From NCBI RefSeq assembly GCF_009914755.1, contig NC_060925.1: a stretch of DNA of 64,000 bases. One strand, 5' to 3'. A program made the position numbers and the translations under genes. This stretch comes from the human T2T-CHM13v2.0 reference genome, Homo sapiens. The notes under the pieces were generated by a model that saw only the letters and a program-made list of their open reading frames with translations, ran no database searches and was not told the origin of the DNA. Below are positions 1-15,560 of the stretch, piece after piece (the first letter of the stretch is position 1; each line of letters begins with the position of its first letter).

Positions 1-380
1 CTGCCTGGAAGAAACAGACCCAAGTATCCCTGGATATGAACTCCCTTTGGAGCTTTGCAACAAGCAGTTTCTTAAAGGCAAAAAAGGGCCCAGAAGTGTG
101 ATGATGCAAAGAGGTTTGTCACAAATTCTCATTGGCTTATGGAAATAACATTTATTAGTGACTGGCTATACACGGTTACACTATTATGGGGTGTGGATTA
201 TAGTGTCTGGTGTGGCGTTATTGGTTAATTTATAGCTACTGTGGCAACAGCAAGCAGCCTAGATGAACACACAGCTCAAAGAGGAGAAGGACAGAACTGC
301 TGTCTCATTTGAATATCTCTCTGGGCCTGATTATTTAAAGGGACTTGCATTTCTCACATGAAAGTTATTTTCTTTACTCA
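1..380 (-). mobile_element. ERV1-class (MER4-group) LTR fragment
   Basis: Reverse complement of 300-380 reads TGAGTAAAGAAAATAACTTTCATGTGAGAAATGCAAGTCCCTTTAAATAATCAGGCCCAGAGAG, resembling a MER4-group LTR start; subfamily not assigned. Confidence 0.45.
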
Positions 381-789
381 ATGTCCATAAATGAGAATAA
401 ATAGACGTAAAATAGATCTTTTTGAGGATGAAGTAAATGGAATGAAAAACAAAACCCAAGCTAACCAGAAATCATAGAGGGAAGAAAAGGTTATAAATAT
501 ATGGATTTTTCAAAGTGATTCTAAGCTATTAGGAATCAGTTAAATGTTGGGAGATTCTGTCTGAGAATAGGCTAAAGGAGAATGTCCCTTTTGCCTTCTG
601 AAGTTTCCCTGAAAATCACTAATAGGAGGCAGATAAATAGTAGAAAAGGCATACAGGTTTCTGCAATGTGTGTACACTGGAGCCCTTAGAACGAAGACCC
701 AGACACACGATGCGTGCAGAAGCTTATCTACCACATGAAATTTACAAAAAGAATGGGGTCTTGGATCACAGGGAAAAAAAAAGAAAGGT

Positions 790-1111
790 TATGTGAGAAA
801 ACGACCCTGGCTAGCAACAGTGGACTTATTACCTAGGTGGAATCTCACTGGGAGCAGTCCTCAGAGAGAATAGACAGAAAATGTTTCTTTCAGACATTTG
901 GAGACCTCAGACTCTCAGTTAAACTTTCCTAGATCCAGACAAGGGGGCAGACCTCAGAGAAAGCCTGGCTGCATCAAGGGAGTTTCTCTACCGATGCAAA
1001 TCTCCCCAAGACAGCTTTGCAGCTAACTTTGCATTTCCAGCCCTTCTCAATAGCCATTTTGAAATATATCAAGGAAATATATTTAGGGGTAAAATATATT
1101 AGTTTCCCTCA
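790..1111 (-). mobile_element. MER34-like ERV1 LTR fragment
   Basis: Reverse complement begins TGAGGGAAACTAATATATTTTACCCCTAAATATATTTCCTTGA...GCTGCAAAGCTGTCTTGGGGAGATTTGCATC; a related motif occurs in the MER4 LTR at ~22700. Confidence 0.5.
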
Positions 1112-3079
1112 TACAGGTATAAAACATACAGGAATAATTTTTGTCAATATCTACTACAAATCCAATATAGCAGTAATTATAAAACCCACCAGATATTGAA
1201 GAAAAATTATGTAGAGTACCTCAATTACAAATGTTGATACTAAAATGCTAAATAAAATAAAAATAATATCCAACAATATTTGAAACAGTAAGACAAGAAA
1301 TTGGCAAAAAAAAAAAAAAAAAAAACAAAAAACAAATATGCACCTTGGGGATGAAAGTGTGTTTCCAAATTTGGTAATCCAATAATATTAATAATCATAT
1401 TGATTAGCCCAAATTAAAAATAAATAGGGGATTCTCAGTACATGCTAAAGTATATTTGTTAAAAGGCAATATTCATGTCTTTAAATATTTTAAATGCTAT
1501 AAAGAGTCTGATATTCTATATGCAAACATGTGTATGTCCATTAGAAGAAGAGAGGCCTGGTTTTCATATGTCACTACAAAGAGATAGAGAAGTGGATAGA
1601 TAATTTGCATATGCATAGAGAAAGCATAACATAGAAATTTACTATCATATTAAAGGAATTTTAATTCAACAATAAAATAATTCAAAGGTAAAATTTTAAA
1701 TATTTTTAACAGGTACATTATTATTAGATAATATTTATACTAATTGTGAAAATATTCAATGCTAAAATAAGATACAATGTCTAAACATCAGTATTAAAAC
1801 TAGTATAACATTTGCTTGTTTATACAAGGAAAATTCAAGCTCGACCTAAAATTATATGGGAAATAAAAGAAAAATTTTAAGAGAGCTCTTTAATAACATA
1901 ATCATATGTATACATACACACACATATATAACATGTATATATGTTATATGGTATAGATATAGATTTAACATGTTATATATATATTTGTATCTATAACTAC
2001 AGCTGTATGTATCTACATTTCTATATATTTACTCAGTGATATAAATATAGACTGGAATAAATATAAAGACATATATGATTCTTGGATAAAAAAGATTTAG
2101 TATCATAAAGGCAAATTCTTTCCAAATTCACTTATGAATTCACAACAATATACAGTTTCATTAGTATAATTTAAAATTTTTAAATAAATTCCAAGATTCA
2201 TTTAAAGGAATATAAATGTATACAAGCAGTCAAGAAAGAAGCAAGAGTGCACTAAACTAACTTGCTATTAAAATACCTTTTTAAACTTAGTCACTAAAAC
2301 TGAGCAGTACTGATTTGGAGTACTGGAATTTAGGTATATGGTATCTCAAAAGCACAGAGCTCAAAGGAGACCCCTGTATGCACGAGAGCTTAAGATGTGC
2401 TTTGGAAGGCATTACGAAACCACGGGCAAAGTTCCTTTAGTGTCTTAGTCTTACTAGGTTTGAAAAGCCAGAGAAAAGACTCAAGACCACCATATAAGAG
2501 CAAAACAAAAGGACAGGGAAATAATGTGAAGATACTGAAACATTTTACATACAGTTGTATAAAGCATCCTTTAAAGAAAATATAAAGTTTAGGATATACA
2601 TAAAAAGCAGCAGAGCCACTAAATAAATAGATAGGCATTGTAAAATAACAAGAGAAAATTTAAATGGATTTCTAAAAAATACTCACACCTATGATTTTTA
2701 AAATATGTTTAAGAAATCCCGTATTTCACAGGGCAGCCTTTCACAACACAGATATGTTAGGACATAAAGGTCCTCCTGTTTTTAATTTACTAGTGTTTAT
2801 AGGGTTACAAATGTCTTCTACCCTTGTCTTTTGTCTGATGGTGCAAAAAATTTTCATAAGCATGTATTTCTGAATGCCTGATGGATTGACATATATAATA
2901 AGCTGCTAGTATTAAAATACGTGACATAAAACGCATCCAACCTTCTCACTGTTCACATAAATTCTAGATTTCTCCTATTTACCTCAAGCACGTATGGAGC
3001 GAATTCTTACCTTTTAATATTGCCATGGCATTCACATTGAACATAAGTTGAACTCTCTCATATGGTAGCTGGGTTCGGA

Positions 3080-4190
3080 TTCTCTTGACAATTTCCAGTT
3101 CTAACCCTCACAGTTCCTCAGTGTGGCTGGCCCAGATATTGACCCTACACAGTTGCCTCCTCCTGGTGACTACCAGCTATGGAACCGTTGGATACAACCT
3201 ACCTGACTCACCCCACAGACCTCACAGTGCACATGGACAGCCCCCACACGCCAGAGTGACCTGCTCGATTGCAGCAGGAGTCAAGAAATGTGCCTGCTGG
3301 CACTCACCCCACCGACTAGTGCCCCGTGGAAAACTTATTTGGATAATGTTCTGGGCCCAATAAAGGCTGGAGTCCCACAGACCCCTTTTCTCTCTCCTGC
3401 TCCCCACTCATCTTCCCCATTTTGTTCAGCCCTATGAGGTGTGCTACTGTATTAGTCCATTTTCACACCGCCGGTAAAGACATGCCCAAGACTGGGTAAT
3501 TGCCAGAAGAAAGAGGTTTAATAGACTCACAGTTCCACATGGCTGGGTAGGCCTCACAATCATGGCACAAGCCGAAAGGCACGTCTCACCTGGCAGCAGA
3601 CAAGACAAGAGAGCTTGTGCAGGAAACTCCCCTTTATAAAACCATCAGATCTTGTGAGACTTATTCACTATCAGAAGAACAGCATGGGAAAGACCTGCCC
3701 CCATGATTTAATTACCTCCCATCTGTTCCCTCCCACAACATGTGGGAATTCAAGATGAGATTTGGCTGGGGACACAGCTAAACCCTCTTCTCAGCTACCC
3801 TCTTCTCTCTGGATCTGTGAGTAATAAACCTACTTCTGTGATTTCCCATGTTTGGTTCTGTGGCCTCCATGTGTCTGAGCTGACCTACACTGCAACCTAA
3901 CTCTCCTCCTGGCCAGGGTCTCTGAGAGTGGCTCTTGTCAGAAATACACAGGACACAGGTCAGGTAACAGTCACCAGACATCTCTTAGTCTCAACAGATG
4001 TTCCGTGAGAGGGAGGCCTGGTCGTGGGATGCACACCTGGCCACTGCTGGGGTAAGGAAGTGTCCTGTGAAAGGCACATGTTAAGCATCCACAACCCCCT
4101 GACCAGAACCCCAGAAAGGCAGGGCTCCAATTGACAGTCACTCTCCAGAGACAAACCTGAAGCCCTAACTGGAGGAAAAGAAAACACTGT
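3080..4190 (+). mobile_element. Old LTR (ERVL-like, MER54/MER74-type) interrupted by THE1
   Basis: LTR-like GC-richer segment with AATAAA motifs (~3359, ~3823) continuing on both sides of the THE1 insertion; family is tentative. Confidence 0.35.
3448..3793 (-). mobile_element. THE1B-like MaLR solo LTR with 5-bp TSD
   Basis: TGTATTAGTCCATTTTCACAC...GGGAATTCAAGATGAGATTTGG..GGGGACACAGC; perfect target-site duplication GCTAC at 3443-3447 and 3794-3798. Confidence 0.9.
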
Positions 4191-5375
4191 AAAAAGTTGA
4201 ATTTATCTTACTATTTCAATGATCCAGTAAAGATATTCTATGCCTGTACACCACATATTTTCTTCGATTGTGGATTTATTTTAGATAGAATTTTAGGTCT
4301 GGCTTTCACTTTAGCCTGGTCCCTACCTCAAGCATAAGGTAAAGATTTTCCATGCGTTCTTTTCTGGTACTACTACCTGCCAGTGTGGGGTCATGTCCTA
4401 GTCTATCTTGAGGCAATCCCCCTGTTCATTATTGTCAGAGTGAGACTGTTAAGTCTTGATTTCCCTGGACAACTTCACTGTATGACTTTTAATATGATTT
4501 TTTAATATACCCTTTACTGGACAATAAATTCTATAGTTATCTGAGTAAGAGATATGCTCAGGAAGAGGCATTGCCTCATTCAGCTTTTCTCTTAGTTGAA
4601 CTCGCATATGTTCTCCTCACCCGCCAGTCACCTCTAAACCGTATTGTTCCAAGACAACAAACAGAACTCCAGTGTGTATCTTTCACCACTGGATTTATGT
4701 TTGCTCCATAAAGCTTCATGCTTAACAGGGTTTCTGTTAGCATTTTCTCTATTTATTTTCCCATAAAATATCACAGGCCTTCTTCCTATGGAATTATGGG
4801 TGATTTCCTTCAATCTGCATCATATCAAGTTGAGGTTCATGTTGATGAAAAGTAAAGCATACTTTGAAAATATCAGTAAGGATGTTTTCCCCTCCTTTTT
4901 AGCACCTGTGCTTGTGATACAAGCACATTTTAATACAATTGTAGTCTCATGCTTTGATCATTCCTATGATGAAAATAACATTTTTAGATAAAATATCTGA
5001 GTTTTATGAGGCCTTTAGTATGTGATGTGATAGAATATCAGAAGACCATACTTTTTTCTAGTTGTCCGTGCAATTCTATCATTGTTTCATCTTTACTCCT
5101 ACCAGAGTAATTTTCCAAAATAGATATCTTGTCATTCTTCCTGTTGTTATCAGTAAATATGTGAAATGAAAGCTAGATTATATAATTTATCTAGAACAAG
5201 AAAGTAGAATTGAATCTGTATTCATTAATGAGACTAACCAGTCAATTACACAGACAGGCATTGTACATTTTGAAGATCATATGGACCCATTGTCAGAAAT
5301 ATTATTATTTATGTCTATATGGACATCACCTGTGCATATTTACATAGAAATCAATGAGAGCTGATTTTTATTTTT

Positions 5376-5670
5376 ATTATATATATTTTTTGAGATAGGG
5401 TCTTGCTTTGTTGTCCAGGCTGGAGTGTAGTAGTGCAATCACTGCTCACTGCAGCCTCAGCCTCCCAAGCTCAAGCAATCCTTCCACCTTGGCCTCCCAA
5501 ATAGCTAGGACAACAGGTGCACATCACCTTGCCCACTTTTTTTTTTAACTTTTGATAGAGACTGGGTCTTGCTATGTTGCCCAGTTTGCTTGTGAACTCC
5601 TGGGCTCAAGGAATCCTCTCATTTCAGGCTCTTCAACTGCTGGTATTACAAGCATGAACCACCATACGGG
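5376..5670 (-). mobile_element. AluJ
   Basis: T-rich tail then TGAGATAGGGTCTTGC..CAGGCTGGAGTG; diverged dimeric Alu. Confidence 0.85.
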
Positions 5671-6654
5671 ATGGAAGTGGATTTTTAAAATACTGAGCTC
5701 ATATAGATGACAGCACCTGAAAAATAGACAACACCAAGCTTTATGTTAAAAGGTGTGAGGGTATCAATATGGTTATGGCTATTGGGGAGGAAACCATTAG
5801 TAAAACCAGTAAGTTAAAGCTCTTGCTTTAAACTTTGGCTTTAATTTAACAAATGTTCTATGGAGTGACAGTATGTATGTAACCATGCTATGCCCATTCA
5901 CAGATGCAGTAGAGGGAAGAATTTCTCAAAGACAACTGTTCTAAGACTCAAATTAAACCGTCCTGGGTTTGAAAAGAGAAAGTCCAGGAATTACCAAATA
6001 TTTTAGATATCAGATACAAGAGAATGCCAGGTATGCGATGATAATCAGCAATGGTTGTTCACACAATACATCAAATCAGTATTTGAATTAGCTTTTGAAT
6101 TACAAGGACAAATGGATCAAGTCTAGACTCTTTAGTAGAGAAATCTTATTAGGCTGAGATGTGTTTTCCCCTGTTTGTCCACAAGGAGATTACAAATTGG
6201 CAAACCTCAGCTGCTCTCATTTTATGCTCTCACCAAGCCAAAAGCTGAAGTTCATCAATCAGTGTGTCTAATTGTTCACTGGCTATATACCATTTTGTAG
6301 TTTCAGCTATCTTTCTAACTTCCTAAATCCTCACCTTCATTTGATCTTGTTTTTTTCCACTATCACTTCTTTATTGACCATATAAAGAATATAAGTAAGT
6401 TCTTATTTTGTTATAGTTCATTTTAGTCTAATTTCATCAAAAGATCACTATCTTTTAATTTCATTTTAATTTCAAAGATTAAATGAAACCTACATAGAAA
6501 TGAGTGTAAGATTTGCATTTGCATTATTTTGGCATCAATTTGCTATCCTCCCTCATGCACATAGAGATCATTTCCATGTACGTGATTTCAAACATCCAAG
6601 TGCAGTATTAAATGCAGTTGTAAATTATGGTTCTCATTTTCATGATACAATTAC

Positions 6655-7475
<821 letters not shown>

Positions 7476-7564
7476 CAGACATAATCTGTTTACCTGCAGA
7501 TTATAGCGTTCTTTATTTTTCTGTCTCCCTCTCTTAATTTTTTTAAAATAATATTAATTGTAGT

Positions 7565-7759
7565 AAAGAGAAAGAAAGAAAAGAAAACAAAGAAATAAAA
7601 GAAGAAAGGAAAGAAGGAAGGAAGGAAATAAAGAGAGAAAGAAGAAAGAAAAGAAGGAGGAAATGAGGGAAGGAAGGGAGGGAGGGAGGAAGGGAGAAAG
7701 GCAGGAAGGGAGAAAAAAGAAAGCATGAACACAAGAAAGAAAGAAGGAAAGAAAAGGAA

Positions 7760-7801
<42 letters not shown>

Positions 7802-8275
7802 GAAAGAAAGAGAGAAAGAGAAAGAATGAGAGAAAGAGAGAAAGAAAGAAAGAAGGGAGGAAGGGAGGAAGGAAAAGAGGAAGAGAGAATGGTCAAAGGG
7901 AGGAAGGAACAGAAACAAAGAAAATAAAGAGGCGAAGGAAGGAAGGAAAAAGAGGAAAGGAAGGGAGGGAGGAAGGAAGAAAAGGAGGGCGGGAGGAAGG
8001 GAGAAAAAAGGAAAGAAAGCAAGAAGGTGAGAAAGAAGGAAGGAATATGAGAAAAGAGAGGAAGAAAGTGAGGGAGAAAGGAAGGGAGGGAGGAGGGAAG
8101 GAAGAATAAGAGGAAAGAAAGAAAGAAGGAAAGAAGGAACGAAGGAGAAAAAAGAAAAGAAAGAAAGGTAAAGAAAAAAGAAAAGAAAAGGAAGAGGAAA
8201 AGAAGAAAGGAAGGAGGAAGGCAAGGGAAGGGAAGAGAAGAGAAAGGAAGATGGAAAGAAAGAAGGAAGAACGCA
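7565..8275. repeat. GA-rich polypurine low-complexity tract (GAAA/GGAA)
   Basis: ~700 bp almost purely A/G on + strand; source of the F/S/L/P-rich ORFs at 7490-8353. Confidence 0.95.
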
Positions 8276-8339
8276 AATATTAGAAATTCTGGGTTTGTTA
8301 GAGAATATGCCATACTGTTTTTTTTTCACTTGAAAGGAA

Positions 8340-8990
8340 AGAGTATCTGCCATTGAAGATTGGATGTCTTGTTGGTGATATTGTTGTTCTTATCTTCCAC
8401 ATGATTACTGAGTTAGTGCCTAGTCTTTCCATTTCTAAGACAAAAGTGTTGATGTCGGCCAATATAATTTTGGATTTTTCCAGTTCACCTTTGATTTCTT
8501 TCCTGTTTTACCTCATGTATTTGGAGGTTCTGTTGTTAGCTGCATACCCTAATTAGTAGGATGTTTACATCTTCTTGAGAATTGATTATTCTATTATGTA
8601 TTATCTCTCATCTCTGATACTATTTCTTGTTCCGAACTCTGTTGTGTCTAATATCAATGTAGTCCTTCCACAGCTTTATTTTAGTGTTTCCATGATATGG
8701 CTTTCTCCATATCTTGATGATAACCTCTTTATATCTCTATATATTTGGAGCAAGATATAACATTTAGACTTGATTTTTTAAAGATTTTTCAAGATGTAAT
8801 TCTTATTTCTTCTTGTTCTATTTGACATTCTCTGAGTTTCCTATATTTGAAGTTTGATTTTCTGTCACTTCTTTTAGAATATTTTTGGCAGTTATTTTGA
8901 AAAATATTTCTTTTGCTCCATTATTTTTCCCTCTTTTCTTTTTGGGATTTCAATCATAATTAGAGTAGGTAATTTGATCTCAGTCTTATG
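8340..8990 (-). mobile_element. Old L1 (L1M) ORF2 fragment
   Basis: T-rich antisense L1 signature (..TCTGTTGTGTCTAATATCAATGTAG..). Confidence 0.55.
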
Positions 8991-9191
8991 CAGGTACTTT
9001 TTCTCAGGGTCTCAGGAATGTAGCCTTCTCACACTTCTGTTCTTTTCCTGGCTGTGTTGGTGAGCTCAGTGATATTCCTCCTTCACCTTCAAGAGCAGTT
9101 TTGTTTTGTTTTTCCTGTTTTCATACTCCCAGCATCAGGAGGATCCTAAGTGTGGCAGTTTTTGTTGCCTTCCCCTACATATCAAGTGGAA

Positions 9192-9472
9192 TATCTTGCT
9201 CTATTTGGACTCTTATAACAAAATAACATAAACAGGGTGACTAAAAAACAACAGATATTTCTTTTTTCACACTTCTTGAGGCTGTAAGATCTCAGGTCAA
9301 GATGCTCACAAATTCAGTGTTGATGAGAGCCCATTTCATGGTTCATAGGTGGTGCCTGCTTTCTATGGCCTCACATAGTGGAAGGCACACAAGAACTCCA
9401 TTGAGCTTCTTTTATAAAGGCACTAATCCCATTCATATGGGCTCGACCCCCAAGACCTGGTCACCTCCCAAG
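9192..9472 (-). mobile_element. MLT1A-like MaLR LTR
   Basis: ATAACAAAATAACATAAACAGGGTG..CTTTTATAAAGGCACTAATCCCATTCAT..TCACCTCCCAA. Confidence 0.7.
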
Positions 9473-10309
9473 TGTTCTGCTCTCCCTGATCTGTGTCATA
9501 TACAGACTCTCTTGGATTCCTTACCAATTGCTTGAGAGATCGCAGTGGGTTTGTGGGGAAAAAGTTTTCAAGATGATGGATCTTTCCCAACTTCTGCAGC
9601 TGTCAGCGGTCTCCCAATCTCACCAGCCCCACTTTGTCTTTAGGAATTTATTGATTATTCCAGCTTTACTTGTCATGGTGGTGCCTATTTGCTTCTGTCC
9701 TATGTAAGTGCATCCGTCCTCCTTCTCCTTGCAGGTGCTTGTTTTCCCTCACATTTTGACTCAGTTCTTGGCAACCTCGTTGCTATAAAAATAAAGTCAT
9801 GACTTTGAAGTTAGTTTGGGTCTTCCATTGTTGTCAGGTTTGGAACCCTATTCCATCCCAGATCTCCAAAACCCAGACTTTTTGGGGGGTTGAAATTTTA
9901 GGCTTTCTCTTTGAATTGTAGTTTTATCTTCTTTCAGTTACCATTTGCATTTTCATAATGATTAATGAGACTAAGCTTTTTTGTGTAGTTGACTGTACCT
10001 TGGATTTTTTTTCCCAAATACCTTTTTATTTCTTCTATTCTTTATGATTTTAGAAAATGTAGTTTACATAATTGCAGCTTGATTTTTTACTCAGTTAATG
10101 GCATGCTTAATGGAGAGAAAAAATATTAAATATATTTCCCTTTTTAATTACTGTGCTTTTTCCTTTTTTAAGGAAATGTTTCATTATGTTAAATTTCAGT
10201 GTTATTCTACTTAGCTATTCCTTAAATATTATAGTATTTTGGATTTCACATGTAAATTTGTAACATATCTTGAGTTTATTATGTATAGAGTAAGGCTATT
10301 TTCTCTTTT

Positions 10310-10759
10310 TTGTTTTTTAAGGTAAAAATCACATAATACAAAAGTAATAACAACCATTTTAAAGCATACAATGCACTTGCTTTTAGTATATTCACCATGT
10401 TCCAGGGCAATTTCATCATGTCCCTTACAAAAACCCATTATGCATAAAGTGGTTACACCCTATTCTGCTTCCCTGAGCCCTAATGACCACTAATCTGATT
10501 TATATCCCAATTGATTTGCCAATTCCTGATGTTTCATGTGAATCAAATCAAGTAATATTTGTCCTTTTGTGCACTTAACATAATGCTTTCAAATTTCACC
10601 AATATTATACTATATATAAGTACTTCATTCTTCGTTATAGCTGAAAATTGGGTGTCCCTTTATGAGTCAACAAGCATATGGATTGTTTCCACTTTTTGAC
10701 TGTATGAATATTACTGCTGTAAATATTCATGCACATGTTTATTTTCTGAGCACCTATGT

Positions 10760-10760
<1 letters not shown>
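10310..10760 (-). mobile_element. L1MB-like 3' end
   Basis: AACCATTTTAAAG..TTTTAGTATATTCAC..TTGTTTCCACTTTTTGACT..GCTGTAAATATTCATG antisense L1M 3' motifs. Confidence 0.65.
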
Positions 10761-12229
<1,469 letters not shown>

Positions 12230-12230
<1 letters not shown>

Positions 12231-12654
12231 TATGAGCTAAATTGTTTCCTCTATATAGATGCTGAAATTCTAACCACTGAATATGACCTCATTAGGAAAT
12301 AGGTTATTTGCAGCTGATCAAGTTAAGATACAATCAGATGAGCCTGAATTCAATATGATTGATGTCCTTATTAAAATAAGAAATTTGAGTAGAGGGAGAC
12401 ATACACACAGGGAGAGTACCATGTGATTATGAGGGCAGAGATTAGCCAAGGAATGCCAAAGACTGCCACTAAACCACCAGAAGCGAGAAACAAGGCACAG
12501 AACAGGCTTTCTCTCATAGCCCTTGAAGGGACCATCCCTGCTGACACCTCAATCTCAGACTTTTAGCTTCCAGGACTATAAGACTATAAATGTATGCTGT
12601 TCAAGGCACTCAGTTTGTGTTAGTTGGTTATGGCAGCCCTAGAAAAGTAATACA
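12230..12654 (+). mobile_element. MLT1B-like MaLR LTR
   Basis: GGAAATAGG..TTGCAG..AGCCAAGGAATGCCAAAGA..GTTATGGCAGCCCTAGAAAAGTAATACA. Confidence 0.75.
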
Positions 12655-12699
12655 TGAACTAATAACAAAGCATAATAACATGGAGCAAAAATTGACAAA

Positions 12700-14240
12700 A
12701 GAGGAGCATCAGCAAAATGGCAGTGGAGACAGCTGCAATCTGTCATTTCCCCACAGAAACATCACACAACTAAGAGAAACTGTCCGAATAAACTTTGCCA
12801 AAACTCTGGAAAATGGTCAAAAGATTACAACAACCAAGTGAAAGCAGACTCAAGAAAAAGACAACTGGAAAACTTTACGACATTTTAAACTTGTCTTTGC
12901 CCCAGCAAATTGGCAGTTTTGAAGTGTCAGAAGCCCACGTTCCCAGTGAGGAAGCCTGGTCCATGGTCCAAAGGAACAAGAGAAGATCTTACCCGCAAGT
13001 TATTATGTGTCTGTTCTGACTGGTCTGGGGGATACCTAAAGGACTCATGAAAGGCTTTTTTTTCTGTGTTGCTTGAATACAGAACAGATAAGGAATGGAC
13101 ATTATTAAGAAACTCTGCAAGGAGACTTAACAAACCACAGATGCTTAGGGCAAAAATTAAACTTTACACATATAGTAGATCACCTTCAGCACAGCAAGAA
13201 AAGGTGGAGAAGAGTATTTCAAAAACTAAGACATACAAAATCATTCACGTACATGGGAGAGTCTAGAAAGTCACATGTATTCATAGGTTAAGCCACATGC
13301 TGACAAATGTCATAAGAAGACCCTACACTTTCACCTTGGCCGATCCCTCCCCTCAGTGCAAGCTCTGTGCAAGAGTGAACTTGAACTTCACTCAGTGCAA
13401 GAGTGAACACACACTTTGTGCCGGCTTTAAAGAACCCAGCACAAAGCCAGTCTGCATGGCCTAGAGACATATTTTGCTGGACAATGATTACTTGTTTTTC
13501 TTTTTGTTTTTCTTGTATTTGCCTGTTTGATTGGTTCCTGACATACAAGAAAATCACTGTCAAAACATTAGCTTAACATTTGTTAAGGAAACAAAAAGAC
13601 TTTGGTGACCACACCTTATAAAGCAAACAGTTTTGTAAATCACTTTGGAAAATTTCACTAAAAAAAAAAATCCTTAACAATATAATAAGTAAAGAAAATT
13701 TAAAACCACAAAACATTACTGTGTTTGTAGGGGGTGTTCGATTTGCAGAGTAACCACTTAGTAATTATAGTTATTAGAATGTCCAGTTTTCAAAAAACGT
13801 TACAAGGCATACAAAGAATGGGAAAGTGTGGCTCATTCAAAGGAACAAAATAAAGTGACAGAAAATATCCCTAAGGAAACCCAGACATCAAACTTAATAG
13901 ACAAAGACTTTAAAACAACTCTCTTCATTATACTCAAATGTCAAAAGGAAAACATAATCAAAGAAATAAAGGAATCAGAAAAAATATTAAAAAGTAGGAA
14001 TATCAGCAAAGAGATAACAGAAATTCTGGAATGGAAAACTACAATGATAAAAATTTCAAAATCACCAGAGGGATTTAAGAGTCTATTTGCACACACAGAA
14101 GAAGCCATGAACTTGAAGAGAAGATAATGGAAAATACTGACTCTGAGAAACAGAAAGAATAAAAAATAAACAATGAGCAGAGACTAATGAATCTGTGGGA
14201 CATCATCAAATAGACCAACATTCAAATTCTAGAAGGATAA
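12700..14240 (+). mobile_element. Old L1 5' region/ORF1 remnant
   Basis: Degenerate ORF 13828-14127 (..LIDKDFKTT..EILEWK..) resembles L1 ORF1; A-rich. Confidence 0.6.
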
Positions 14241-14269
14241 ATTATGTTATTAAGAAGTTTACCCTTCTT

Positions 14270-14410
14270 TCTTTTCACCTTTCTTCCTTCCTCCTTCCCC
14301 CTCCTCTTTACTTTTCTTCCTCTTCCTTTGTCTTCTTCTTTCTCTCCTTCATTATCCCTTTTGCTGTTTCTCTTTCTCCCTTTCTCTTTTTTCTTTTCTT
14401 TCAATTTTCT
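14270..14410. repeat. CT-rich low-complexity tract
   Basis: Polypyrimidine run. Confidence 0.8.
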
Positions 14411-14739
14411 CAATTACTAAGAGATGTTTAAGTATCCTTACCCTGTTAGTAGATACGGTTATTTCTCCCTTTAGTTCTCTTTTGAGATTTATAGTCACTC
14501 TAAGTAAAGAGATAACCCAAACATAAGCGTCACAAACAGGCTTTCATACCATTCTTAATTTGGTCCTGTAATTCTTCATTGCTGTATTAACTTTCTGATG
14601 CTTTTAAGGATGTTTTATAACAAATTGTTTAGTTTTTTCCACTGGAATGTTTATTCTGAATTATCTAATTCATATTGTAAGTATAGAGGGAGTTTAATAT
14701 AAAATTATTAAACTAATATTTGTGAAAGAATGTATTTGT

Positions 14740-15560
14740 GCATTCAACAAATATGTTAATCATCAGACTGTTATTGGGCAGCTGAGCATACAGGAATAAA
14801 AATAACACAATTTTTATGTGTACAATATTTATGGAATGCGTTACTGGACCAAATAAATAATTTAGTTAATAACATGACAAAGAACAGAAATTGTATACAC
14901 TATAGAGCATAGTAATGGAATAATGAATGATTAAAGTTATTAATATTAGGTAGAAAATGAAGGGTATCTTTGAGAGCAGAACTCAAGGAAGCAAGCAATT
15001 CGCCTTATGAGGAAAGAGTTACCTGTGGATAAAGGAGAAACTGAAAAATTTACAAGTCAAGACTTTTTGAGCAAAAGCAAAAATATGACTATTAGTCACC
15101 AATTCAGTAGAGTGAAAAAAAAAGTTGAAGAGATATCTTGGAAGTAAACCATGTTGTGGAAGAGCATGTAGGGTTTTGATAATCATGGGATGATTCTGAA
15201 TTAATTTTAAATGCGATAGGAATATATGAGATAATTTCACCAGAGAATAACATGATTGTGTTTGCATTTCAAAGGGGTGTATCTGGTGCACTGTGTAGAA
15301 TAAATAGGTTATGTGAGCAAATAAATTGGGAGGCTACTCTAATCCAGAGAAAAAAGGTAGTGACTTAGGTGAGAATGCTGTCAGGATGAGTGGTAGTAGT
15401 GGTGAGAAGTCGTTAGGCCATGGATGTATTTCATAGGACTGGCCAAGAGAACTGCAGCTAAATTGGAGTGTAGGGAGTGAAATGGAGAATTCAAAGATGA
15501 CTCTCAGCACTGGAAGGTGACAGCTGTCATTGAAGCATGCTGATGCCTCTTATTAAGAGA
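14740..15560 (-). mobile_element. L2 fragments
   Basis: CATTCAACAAATAT..; GGGAGGCTA..AATCCAG..GGTAGTAGTGG..TCAAAGATGACTC antisense L2 motifs. Confidence 0.45.

Noticed and set aside
7490-8353. F/S/L-rich ORFs of 127-287 aa
   Set aside because: Antisense translation of the GA-rich tract
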